A program made the position numbers and the translations under genes. From contig JAYSTI010000001.1 of NCBI GenBank assembly GCA_043719805.1, positions 151,770 through 215,769 on the forward strand: a DNA stretch of 64,000 nucleotides, written 5' to 3'. A model generated the notes under the pieces. It did no database searches, had not been told where the DNA came from, and saw only the letters and a program-made list of their open reading frames with translations. Source of the stretch: Candidatus Lloydbacteria bacterium (GTDB lineage: Bacteria; Patescibacteriota; Minisyncoccia; Phycocordibacterales; UBA6899). This document shows positions 29,362 to 38,321 of this stretch, one piece after another (position 1 is the first letter of the stretch; each line of letters starts with the position of its first letter).

Positions 29362-29919
29362 TTATGTGTTCTGTTTCGCCAAAAAATCCGAAAGCAGCTT
29401 GAGGGCTGGCTTTCGCATCGAGGTGGCATGCTTCTCGTCGCCGGACATTTCTGCCCAAGTTTGCTCCGTGTGACCGTTGGGAATGAACACGGGATCCCAT
29501 CCGAATTTTGTTTCTCCGCGCGGGTTCGTGGAAATATGTCCCTCGACTCGCCCGTGGAAAAACTGCACCTCTCCCCCGTCGCAATATCCGTACATAACTT
29601 CCGCCACCGCATCTCGGTCGGGATATCCATCAAGCAATTTGCATAATCCCTCATTGCCCAACGTCTCCAAAAACCACTTAATGAGTGGGCCGGGCAATCG
29701 CTTGAGAGCAATAAATGTCACCGATACATCTTCCACGAGTACAGGAGTACCGAGCATCACATATGCGCTCTTCGCCTTTGCCTCGACGACCTCGCGGAGG
29801 TCGAGTGACTGGATCTCGGGGATGTCGAGTTTTTTGTGCACGACGGCCAGATGAAAATATTCCGAAAGATACTTCGCCTTCGCTGAATTTCCCGTGATGA
29901 ATGTGAGCTCCTGCTTCAT
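29362..29919 (-). CDS. Non-canonical purine NTP pyrophosphatase (Ham1/ITPase family)
   Basis: FITGN, EIQ, VED, LPGPLIKW, FGWDPVF and terminal SxR. Confidence 0.93.
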   Translation of the reverse strand: MKQELTFITGNSAKAKYLSEYFHLAVVHKKLDIPEIQSLDLREVVEAKAKSAYVMLGTPVLVEDVSVTFIALKRLPGPLIKWFLETLGNEGLCKLLDGYPDRDAVAEVMYGYCDGGEVQFFHGRVEGHISTNPRGETKFGWDPVFIPNGHTEQTWAEMSGDEKHATSMRKPALKLLSDFLAKQNT

Positions 29920-29980
29920 TGGGCCATCATAACGAAAAATTTGTAAATAAAAAAGCAACGCTTATGCGCCGCTTTGAATT

Positions 29981-30169
29981 CTAGACCTTTTCACCTTGCG
30001 GTGCTTCTTCGCGCGGAGGTTCACTCGCTGAGGTGGCCGGTGGACGTATGTCGCATGTCGGGTTTTGCGTCAGACTGTTTGCCCACTCCACCAGTCTTCG
30101 GAGTTCGTCGATATCTGCGCGCGTCGCTTCGATCTTGCCGCCTTGGATACCGCTCGCAAGCTCGTTCAT
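29981..30169 (-). CDS. Hypothetical 62-aa protein
   Basis: ATGA overlap with the upstream gene and AGGAG SD. Confidence 0.45.
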   Translation of the reverse strand: MNELASGIQGGKIEATRADIDELRRLVEWANSLTQNPTCDIRPPATSASEPPREEAPQGEKV

Positions 30170-30888
30170 CTCCTTAGAAAAGAGGTGAAATCACGCTTCG
30201 CGCCAAGAGTAATGAGCGAGAGCGCTACTCTTCCGAGCACATCTCTTGCGGGAACTTTTTTGAAGAACTGAGAGTCTTCAATCAAGCTCACTCCGAAAAG
30301 GACGACTGAACCAATGAGTGCAGTAAGCAAATTTTCTGAAGTGTAAACGCGAATACCGAGCCACGACAATGGGAACGTTGCCATGATGGGGATGATTCCC
30401 CACCACATCCACATCCGCATCACGTACTGATGAACGCGTTTTTCGGGCGTGACATGCCAACACCAGCGCGTAAACAGCGAGAGGTCGCCTAAGTTCTTCT
30501 TCCGCTCTTCACCGACGCCAGGCCAGCTCCTTTTTTTGACGAGCGTTTTGTGGTGCACCAGCCTTAGCCCGGCGTAGAGCGCAACCGCAAAAATATACAC
30601 GTACACATGCGCTGACGCCACGATCTCAATCTGCTTTCCCCCCGCAGGATAGAATCCCTGAAAATACGTGGCCAATGGCCAGGCATCAAGGAGTTTCTCG
30701 AATGCATGACTGAGTTTCTCGTTGAGCCGAATTGTGTTGAGTATGGTTTCTGCAACAAATGTGGAGATGAGAAACATCGTTGTCCAAAATGCATTGCACT
30801 TCGCAAGGATATAGAACGTGCGTAGTGAGAATTCAAGTTCTTCTCGTGTCTCGATTTCGCCGCTTCCACCATTGATCGGTTCTGTCAT
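30166..30888 (-). CDS. Hypothetical polytopic membrane protein
   Basis: TTGACA-17-TATAAA promoter, AAGGAG SD, about 4 TM; start at MTEPI. Confidence 0.7.
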   Translation of the reverse strand: MTEPINGGSGEIETREELEFSLRTFYILAKCNAFWTTMFLISTFVAETILNTIRLNEKLSHAFEKLLDAWPLATYFQGFYPAGGKQIEIVASAHVYVYIFAVALYAGLRLVHHKTLVKKRSWPGVGEERKKNLGDLSLFTRWCWHVTPEKRVHQYVMRMWMWWGIIPIMATFPLSWLGIRVYTSENLLTALIGSVVLFGVSLIEDSQFFKKVPARDVLGRVALSLITLGAKRDFTSFLRR

Positions 30889-30996
30889 GACAACTCCTTT
30901 TGAACAGCTGAAATCTTTATAAATCATTTCAGCAAAAATGTCAACAAAAAAGCCGAGACACAAGGTCTCGGCCAAACGCACAAATGCACAACATGT

Positions 30997-32553
30997 TCAG
31001 TGCAGGAGTTTCGCCCACCCCGCTTGGTCTCTTGGATCAACCCAAATGACCTCCTGAGTTGCCGCATCCACGAGTGCGACCTCGGGAACACTTCCTGTAA
31101 CGAACGACTCCTTCTTGGCGTCCTTGTAAGTGACAACGGTTGTCAGCCACAGGAGATGCCTTTTCCCGTCCTTGCCGTAACGGACGTAGGGGCGTTCCTC
31201 GACGGGAGCCATGGTTCCCCACATATAACTTTTCTTCGAATCACGCACGAGTGCGGGAACCATCGAGACACCCATCAGACTCTCGCCTTTCGCCTCGTGA
31301 TGATACACGAGCACGCGCGATGTTCCGTCTGCCGGAATGAGCACGCTTGCAACAAGTCCGTGCTTCCCTGCCAGATATGGCTCGAGGGAAAAGTAGTGGT
31401 ATAGCATCCCTGGCATGCCGCTCGTTTCCTTGAAGAAGGTCGCGTACGGCTGCTGGTTCATGCTTTCCTTCGAGTCAGGAATGCGCACGTCTCCCTGGTG
31501 CCACAACGGGGCTGGCGCGAGGAATCCGTTCATGAAACGCAGACTCTCGGCGGCATAGCGCGAGACCCGTTCAGGAAGAATGTTCTGTCCGCGCAGATAC
31601 GGAAACTCTTGAATCCGCTCCGGACTGATCCAGCTTCCGGCGCCAAACACCACGCGTGTCACGAATGATTCAAGCGTCGGCTTGGGTTCCTGGCGGACAA
31701 TGAGGACGCCTCCAAACTCCGGATACGGGAAGAAAATCCCCCGCCACCGCAGAAGCGATATCACTTCCACCATTTCACCGGCGTCGTCGCGTATGTACCG
31801 CACATTGCTTGGCTCATAGTTCATGAACTGAGCAAGACTGAATGCGCGCACTGCGGCGATACTCGCCTTACTGGAAAGCCAGAGTCCTTCACCAACGCTG
31901 AAGCGCACGACGTTCTTGCTCTCGGGAGTGAACTGCGGCGACGGGTCGGTACCCGAAACACTGATCACTTCATCGACCGTTCCGAAGATCTTGTCGAGCG
32001 CCATTTTCGGCTCGACACCCATCGTCCACTGAAACTCGATCTTCCCCGTTGTCTTGTTTCGCATCCAGACAAAGTCCGGTGGAGCGGGTTGGCGCGAGTC
32101 GCCGGTGACCCCCTGCGCAAGTCCGTGTACCGACGCGAGCGGTTGGATACGCTCGTGGTCAGTTTCGGGAAGCTTGTCGATCGCTTGCACGTCGATGGCG
32201 TTGTATCTCACCCACAGCGCAACGTATTCGTAGGCCGCGACGCAACCTGCGACAAGGAGAAGCGCCGCGAGCATGCTTGCGATACGCTTCCACCAATGCG
32301 CGCTGCGCGAGATGACAAAGAAGAACGAGAGGATGCCGATAGACACCGCAATCGGTGCGAAATACCTCCGCACAATCACAACGAAGGGCTGCCACTCTTC
32401 ACGAAAGAGCACCGCTCCGACGAGAAGTACGGCAAGCAGAAGTGTGCCGAGCACCTTATGCCGGCCGACAAATCCCGAAATGGCCTTCCCGATGTTGCCG
32501 AAAAAAATGCCGAATCCGGAAGTTCTTTCCGGCACAGAAACAATGGTGGTCAT
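30997..32553 (-). CDS. Uncharacterised membrane protein (3 N-terminal TM + large extracytoplasmic domain)
   Basis: GGAGGT SD 4 nt after the upstream stop region; three hydrophobic helices, then about 400 aa of beta-rich soluble domain. Confidence 0.8.
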   Translation of the reverse strand: MTTIVSVPERTSGFGIFFGNIGKAISGFVGRHKVLGTLLLAVLLVGAVLFREEWQPFVVIVRRYFAPIAVSIGILSFFFVISRSAHWWKRIASMLAALLLVAGCVAAYEYVALWVRYNAIDVQAIDKLPETDHERIQPLASVHGLAQGVTGDSRQPAPPDFVWMRNKTTGKIEFQWTMGVEPKMALDKIFGTVDEVISVSGTDPSPQFTPESKNVVRFSVGEGLWLSSKASIAAVRAFSLAQFMNYEPSNVRYIRDDAGEMVEVISLLRWRGIFFPYPEFGGVLIVRQEPKPTLESFVTRVVFGAGSWISPERIQEFPYLRGQNILPERVSRYAAESLRFMNGFLAPAPLWHQGDVRIPDSKESMNQQPYATFFKETSGMPGMLYHYFSLEPYLAGKHGLVASVLIPADGTSRVLVYHHEAKGESLMGVSMVPALVRDSKKSYMWGTMAPVEERPYVRYGKDGKRHLLWLTTVVTYKDAKKESFVTGSVPEVALVDAATQEVIWVDPRDQAGWAKLLH

Positions 32554-32557
32554 TCGA

Positions 32558-33193
32558 TTACCTCCGACGTTGGAATGCGTCAAGCGCATCCGCGAGTGAC
32601 GTTTTGGTTGCGACCTTCACGACCGGCGGCGAATCTTCAGACGCGTCAACGCCGTCCACCGGAGCGACAGGCTCCGTGGCCACCGTTTTCACAGACCTCA
32701 ATTCCGCAACCTTCTCGACTGCGCCGTCGGCCACCCTTGACAAGGCAACCTTCGTTTGTTCGACGCCCCTCTTGATGGCACCACCTGCGGCGCCTGAGAG
32801 ATTGAGCTTACCTTCTTCGAGTCCGTCCATCACGTCACACACCTTGTCCACCACCGAGTCGGATTTCTTTCCTTCTCGCATGGCAAACCCGGTGAGCAAG
32901 AAGCCCAAGAACAGCCCGATGAAAACGAGCGGTGACTTCATGACGAGTTCGATCGGGTCATGAATGTAGTAGGAGAGGAGAAAGCAAGACATGATCGTCA
33001 GTACGAACGACGGAAGGATTCTCGCTTTTGCCTTTCGGCCGACGATGAATCCCCTCTCGATCTCACTCGACAGTCGTTCTTTGTGCCACAGATTGTAGCC
33101 ACGCCGGTACACCGGCGCGCCGAACCGCTTGTCGACGAAATAGAGAAGCGAGGCGATGAGCGCGAACGAGAGCATATACAGCAAAGCATCCAT
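32558..33193 (-). CDS. Uncharacterised membrane protein (3 TM + charged helical tail)
   Basis: AGGAG SD; TTGACA-17-TATAAA promoter at about 33251-33279. Confidence 0.8.
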   Translation of the reverse strand: MDALLYMLSFALIASLLYFVDKRFGAPVYRRGYNLWHKERLSSEIERGFIVGRKAKARILPSFVLTIMSCFLLSYYIHDPIELVMKSPLVFIGLFLGFLLTGFAMREGKKSDSVVDKVCDVMDGLEEGKLNLSGAAGGAIKRGVEQTKVALSRVADGAVEKVAELRSVKTVATEPVAPVDGVDASEDSPPVVKVATKTSLADALDAFQRRR

Positions 33194-33400
33194 TTGGATC
33201 TCCTGGTTAAAACACGAAATGTCGAAAAACTATTCACATAGTCCTTCAGCTTTATAGCAAACAACATGAATTTTGTCAACAGTCAAAATCACTAGTGTTA
33301 AAGGCGTTTTGGGCGATTTCTGGTATAAAAAACCCACCTAAAAGGTGGGTCATACAAACTGTCAAACTTGCCCCGTGGTCACTGTGCCACGGGGACTTTC

Positions 33401-35362
33401 TCACTTCGACAAACGATGCGCCTGGAAGCGGCTTTCCGCTTCTTCGCGCACTTCGAGGTCGAGCACCATCGCTTCGATCTTTCTGTTGCGGTCCTTGTCC
33501 GCAATCTCGACCATGTTGTCGAGGTAACGGAGCGACTCCTGCAGGCGAATCTCTGCAAACGAAAGGCTGCGCATGTTCCCCTTCATGACCTCGACGAGCA
33601 TTCCCTTCTTTTGATCGTAGGGCTGCTTGAAGAAGACGAGTGGGTCGGCCATCCAGTCCGCGGGAAAGTCGAAGTCGAGGACCCGACCAATGACTGCCGT
33701 CTGGATATTGCGCACATCGCGGGAAGAGAACATCGGATAGACCGCCTGCACTGCGGCAAACAACGCACCAAAGAACCGGTGCTCGTTCACGTCATACTGA
33801 CTCCGCGTCCGCTCGAAGATCGCCTTGATGCGCGCTTCTTTCGGTTCGCGATAGCTGTCCGCGAACTGGTCGAGCCGTGCCACGCGCTCCTGGTCGGACA
33901 TGTAGGTGTACCCCTTCGGATCCACCATCGCGATGAACGACGGGTCGATGTCGCGCAACCTGCGGTACCCAAGATGGTCTTGGTCCATGAGGTCATTCTC
34001 GGTCCGCGCCCCGTCGATAACGAAACGCGACTGAATGCGCGAGAGTATCGCCTTGTCGACCTGTTCGGGGATGTTCGTGTAGAAGTCCCAAAGCGTGTTG
34101 CCGTGGTTGATAGCGTACGCCCCTTCAGTATGACGAAGAATGACGCCGATCACTTCACGGACGCCGGCAGACACCCCTTGGCGTGTGCGCTCCTCGACGA
34201 TATTTTCCGCATCGTCCGTCGTCGCATAGATGATCTTCGACGGATCACGAAGGGCCTGCATATACGACAGTGCCCGCTCCGCTGATCCGCCCTGATAGGT
34301 CGACACGATGTTGTCGGGGAACGGGTGAAAGAGGAAGGGAATTCCCAGCCACTTGCACATTTCCTCGAGTTTCGTCGCGGTTGCAGCTATCTGCATGCTC
34401 TTGCCGGTACCAGGAACGCCGTGACCCATGCGCATGGAGGCCAGTCCCCCGAGCTCATGCATCGGATTCTTCTTTGTGGCCGGGTCGTAGCAAAGCAACC
34501 GCTCCACCATACGCCCGGCTTCATGTTTCGCCTGCCTGTTGCCGACGATGTCTTTGAAGTACACCTTGTTGAACTCAACCGACACCACAGAACGGTCGGC
34601 GAATTCGTGGAACCCGTCGACAATGAACTCCGCGTCGTCGAGCTTGTACTTCCGGTCAATGAACGGCTCGAGGAAAGTGAGTCCGACTTCTCTCATCTTG
34701 ATCGCCGCGATGACGTGGCGGAAATAGAGAAGCGCAAACTTCACGAACTCGTCGTCACTTTCGACCTTGCCTTCCACCTGCACGTCTTTACCGAAGTAGA
34801 AGAGCGTCGAACGGATGGCCTCTTGAGTGTTCGCAAAATGCAGCGCAATCGGCTCATCGACCGTCATGACGACGTTCGACACCTGCTCCGTCCGATAGGC
34901 GGCGAGGTCCCACACAACATACGAGGCAAGCGCAAAGGTAGTTAGCGATGCTCGCGTACGCACCTTTGCCTGCATTTCCGGCTGTTGAGCCGTGGTCAGT
35001 TTTTGCGTGCGATTCAGGTCGAGCAGGACATCGAGTCCCGAGGACTTCGTGTAGAGCTCTTCGAGATGAAGCCCGATAGTGAGCCCCTTCCGGATCGTCT
35101 GCAGCACGTGCATGATGACCTCGGTCAACATGAGCTGATCTTTGCTCTCCTCATGACCAACGTCGATGAGAGAGATGGCGGTCGTTTGCGACGAAAGCCG
35201 TGGCGTGGTCGGGATGAGTGCACTCGGCCGAAGCTTATCCGTTGCGGATGAAACCTGGGCCTTGTCCGCCCACTCGACCTTCGCCATGTAGGCATCGGCC
35301 TGCTTCAGCCACCTTACCCGATCACTCTTTGTGATCGGAATGAAATTTCCTGATTGATCCAT
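33401..35362 (-). CDS. AAA+ ATPase, classic-clade-like
   Basis: Walker A GVPGTGKS, pore loop STYQG, Walker B YATTDD, SRH TNIPEQVDKAILSR. Confidence 0.92.
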   Translation of the reverse strand: MDQSGNFIPITKSDRVRWLKQADAYMAKVEWADKAQVSSATDKLRPSALIPTTPRLSSQTTAISLIDVGHEESKDQLMLTEVIMHVLQTIRKGLTIGLHLEELYTKSSGLDVLLDLNRTQKLTTAQQPEMQAKVRTRASLTTFALASYVVWDLAAYRTEQVSNVVMTVDEPIALHFANTQEAIRSTLFYFGKDVQVEGKVESDDEFVKFALLYFRHVIAAIKMREVGLTFLEPFIDRKYKLDDAEFIVDGFHEFADRSVVSVEFNKVYFKDIVGNRQAKHEAGRMVERLLCYDPATKKNPMHELGGLASMRMGHGVPGTGKSMQIAATATKLEEMCKWLGIPFLFHPFPDNIVSTYQGGSAERALSYMQALRDPSKIIYATTDDAENIVEERTRQGVSAGVREVIGVILRHTEGAYAINHGNTLWDFYTNIPEQVDKAILSRIQSRFVIDGARTENDLMDQDHLGYRRLRDIDPSFIAMVDPKGYTYMSDQERVARLDQFADSYREPKEARIKAIFERTRSQYDVNEHRFFGALFAAVQAVYPMFSSRDVRNIQTAVIGRVLDFDFPADWMADPLVFFKQPYDQKKGMLVEVMKGNMRSLSFAEIRLQESLRYLDNMVEIADKDRNRKIEAMVLDLEVREEAESRFQAHRLSK

Positions 35363-35442
35363 ACTGTTTCCTTCTGTGTGTTTGAGGTAGAAAAAGGGCG
35401 GCCCAGAGAGCCGCCCATGATTGACCTTCTTTTCGGGTCAGC

Positions 35443-36852
35443 TTAGGAGCCCGTACCACTCACATCCGAAGGACGATGTTCCTCCACCGTTCCTCCGCGA
35501 TTCTTCGTCTTCAGAATTGCTGCTTCGAAGCGCTCCCTGAGGGCAGCAATTCCCTCGTATTGGATGTCTTTCACATCCTGCATCTTGGCGAGTCTTGCAT
35601 CGTGTTGTTCGATCATGTTCAGGGCCGAGGTCACCGAAGCAACCAACGTCTGAGCAGCTTTTTCTGCTCCATCCTGAGCCAACACCGCGCCGACAGAGTC
35701 GATCTTGCTGCTGGCATCAATACTCGCCATGCCCTTCATCTGCTCGAGTCGGCTGTCAAAAGCCGCACGCCAGGAATCCGAGTTTGCACGCAAAGATGCC
35801 AAGTTGATGCGATGCACATCGTACTGCGCCTGAATGGTGTCCCGGTGGGTCTCGAGTTCCGGGGTCGCACGCTCCTTCGCTTGAAAGATCGCGAGTGCCT
35901 CGTTCCGTCTCCCTTGCAATTCCTGCACCTGGTCAACTTGTTCCGAGATCGACTGTTCGAGTTCGATTCGTTCAGCTGAGCCGGCATCAAGGGTCACCAC
36001 CTGCTCTTGGTCTTGCGCGAGCTTCTGATTCGCAGCAAGGATCAGCTTGTCGAGCGCTTCCATCGCTGCGGCCGCGGCCGTCTTGTCTTCATAGGTGACG
36101 CGCAGCTGTTCCACGACTTGTTCGTAGTTTGCACGCGCACCATCTCGGCTCGTTTCCAGAATCTTGCATGTGTCCTCGATGCGCTTTGTGAAGCGGTCAT
36201 AGTGCACGGAAAAGTCTGCGGAAAGAAGTCGCCTCTCTTGGTCGATCTTCGCCTGTTCTTTTGCCTGAACGACACCAAGTTTTGCCGATGCGATGTCTGC
36301 CTCTGCCTTGACGAGCTCCGCGTGAGCCGCTTCGGTGCGCGTCTTCTTGAAGAACCACGCATTTTGCAACTTGGCCAGCTCGGCCTCTGCAAGTTTGGCC
36401 TTTTCAACGCAAAGATCAACCAACGCGGTTGACGCACTGATGAGTGCTTCTTCGTTCGGTGAAAGCGTCGCAAACTCATCAAACTGACCGCCGATGTTTG
36501 CGAGATCATCGTCGAGCGCCTTCATCATTTCGGCGAGCACCTTCTGATCTTCGGGAATGCTTTCCCGAATTTCATCGATCTGCGCGCCCAAAATTTTCTT
36601 GGCGAGTGCTTGGCGTTCTTCGGCCGTCAGCTTACCCGACCTTGCGAGCTTCTCAGCGGTTTGTACTGCGAATTCGACGCGGTCGTCCACTTTTCCCACT
36701 GCAACTGCGGCGCGGGCTTTTCGAGCTTGGCGCTGCTGTTGGCCGGGAACGAGGTCGGCAATCATGCCTCGTGTCGACCCTTCCTGGGGCGTATCGAGAA
36801 GGGGGGCCGGCGCCTTGAGGTCGGTAACGACTGCTTTGCGAGGTGTAACCAT
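35443..36852 (-). CDS. Long coiled-coil protein of unknown function
   Basis: AGGAG SD; A/E/Q/K/L-rich heptads over about 350 aa; central amphipathic motif NAWFFKK; no TM. Confidence 0.85.
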   Translation of the reverse strand: MVTPRKAVVTDLKAPAPLLDTPQEGSTRGMIADLVPGQQQRQARKARAAVAVGKVDDRVEFAVQTAEKLARSGKLTAEERQALAKKILGAQIDEIRESIPEDQKVLAEMMKALDDDLANIGGQFDEFATLSPNEEALISASTALVDLCVEKAKLAEAELAKLQNAWFFKKTRTEAAHAELVKAEADIASAKLGVVQAKEQAKIDQERRLLSADFSVHYDRFTKRIEDTCKILETSRDGARANYEQVVEQLRVTYEDKTAAAAAMEALDKLILAANQKLAQDQEQVVTLDAGSAERIELEQSISEQVDQVQELQGRRNEALAIFQAKERATPELETHRDTIQAQYDVHRINLASLRANSDSWRAAFDSRLEQMKGMASIDASSKIDSVGAVLAQDGAEKAAQTLVASVTSALNMIEQHDARLAKMQDVKDIQYEGIAALRERFEAAILKTKNRGGTVEEHRPSDVSGTGS

Positions 36853-36965
36853 TTTCGCTATCTCCTGAGTTGAGTGCTTGCGCACAAAAAAAGAAAAACT
36901 TCACCAAACGTAGGCGGTTTTCACTGCCTACTATTATGATGACAACGATCTCTCGTCCGAGGCTC

Positions 36966-36993
36966 AAACTACACTCTTTTGACAAATTGTCAA
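36966..36993 (-). promoter_or_regulatory. Promoter with palindromic -35 region (possible operator)
   Basis: TTGACA-16-TAGTTT on the minus strand; TTGACA-AAT-TGTCAA inverted repeat at 36979-36993. Confidence 0.6.
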
Positions 36994-37158
36994 GCTGAGT
37001 GTCATTAAAATTGACGGCTCTACAAAGGCATAATTTGATGCACTCATGCCTCTTCCAAAAACGTTTCCGAATAAATGGAGCAATGGGCGGCAGACGACAA
37101 AAAACCACAATGTGGTAAAAACCCGCGTGAGTGAGAAAAAACAAACACAAACGACGAC

Positions 37159-37563
37159 CTAGTCCGATATTTCTCCTTCCAACAACCGCACGAGATGGTA
37201 ACAAGTGGGCCAATCATAACGTTCAAAAAACGCGAGCATCATTTCACATAGGGCGATCTTTTGCTCAAGTTCTGACGAGCGCCTTGCATCAACGGACACA
37301 TCGGTGCATTCTTGGCGCCATCCACGGATGAGCGACGCGAGTTCAGCACCGGCGCGCTCATGGGAGCCATTGAACATGTTGTGGAGTTCGGAAACGACCA
37401 GCCTCTTTGGGAACGCCGCAAGTTCCTCGATAAGCGGAAGGTCTTCGGGCTTGATATTTCTCCTCGTGACGAACTCCAAAAACTTTGGCCGCAGAAGAAC
37501 AGACTCGACCCTTTCAGTCGGCACAATACTCTCTAAGCTTTCATTTTTTTCACCGTGTTCCAT
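37159..37563 (-). CDS. Hypothetical protein
   Basis: Open frame with protein-like composition; start MEHGE follows the corrected end of the upstream gene. Confidence 0.6.
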   Translation of the reverse strand: MEHGEKNESLESIVPTERVESVLLRPKFLEFVTRRNIKPEDLPLIEELAAFPKRLVVSELHNMFNGSHERAGAELASLIRGWRQECTDVSVDARRSSELEQKIALCEMMLAFFERYDWPTCYHLVRLLEGEISD

Positions 37564-37567
37564 TGTT

Positions 37568-37956
37568 CTATTTTCCCCGTTTTCTATATTCATTCTTTAT
37601 CAGCAAATATGCACTTTCGGTTCCTGGCTCCTTCCCCTCTGTACTTCTTCTCATCAACTTTGACGGATACTTTTTTGTACAAGAGCGAGCTTTTTTCGGA
37701 TTATCTTTTCGGTATCAAAACCCAAAAGGACCGACATTCCGAGCGCGTAAATGAATACATCAGCAAGTTCTTTGGCGATTGCGTCTTTCTTTTCTTTACT
37801 CCCCTTCACCTCTTCGAGAGAGAGATTTTCCCACTGAAATATTTCGAGAAGTTCCGCCCCTTCTATCATGATGGACTTCGCAAGGTCAGCAGTCCGCAGG
37901 TTATGCCAATTACGACTCTTCAGGTGCGTATAAATTTTCTCTTCCAGTGGCTTCAT
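37568..37956 (-). pseudogene. MazG-like nucleotide pyrophosphohydrolase with a 1-nt frameshift near the C-terminus (real or sequencing error)
   Basis: EGAELLEIFQW and ELADV motifs; one extra A in the A6 run (37671-37676) restores ...KKYPSKLMRR...KRGK-stop at 37568. Confidence 0.7.
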
Positions 37957-37962
37957 AAATAA

Positions 37963-38244
37963 CTATTCAAGTGAAATAATTTGTAAGCCTTTTTCCCGCA
38001 ATGCATCTTCCCCTCCGCTACCTGCAAAATTCTTTAATTCATCGATGGTAAGCTTTCCCACGTAGGTCACGCGCTTTTCGATACTTCGCCCGGTATACGT
38101 ATTTGTTTCCGGGTCCCACTCTTCAAGCAAGAGCATGTCCCCCTCTTCGATATCAAAATCGTTCACACGTAATTCATATTTTTTCTTTCCTGACACAACC
38201 GCATCAAAATATTTCGGCCAGAGTTTTTTCATTATTGTTGCCAT
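37963..38244 (-). CDS. ASCH/DUF3850 (PUA-like) domain protein
   Basis: KLWPKYFDAVVSGKKKYELR..DF..GD.L.L.EW...YTGR. Confidence 0.88.
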   Translation of the reverse strand: MATIMKKLWPKYFDAVVSGKKKYELRVNDFDIEEGDMLLLEEWDPETNTYTGRSIEKRVTYVGKLTIDELKNFAGSGGEDALREKGLQIISLE

Positions 38245-38321
38245 ACCATATGTGACTATCAATTAAACCCCCTAAAACATTTCGCTACGAAATGTTCGGG
38301 CGATCATTCGCTTCGAATGAT

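Noticed and set aside
32089-36868. Long plus-strand ORFs (e.g. 33368-34285, 34325-34945)
   Set aside because: Antisense shadows of GC-rich minus-strand genes, with no motifs of their own.
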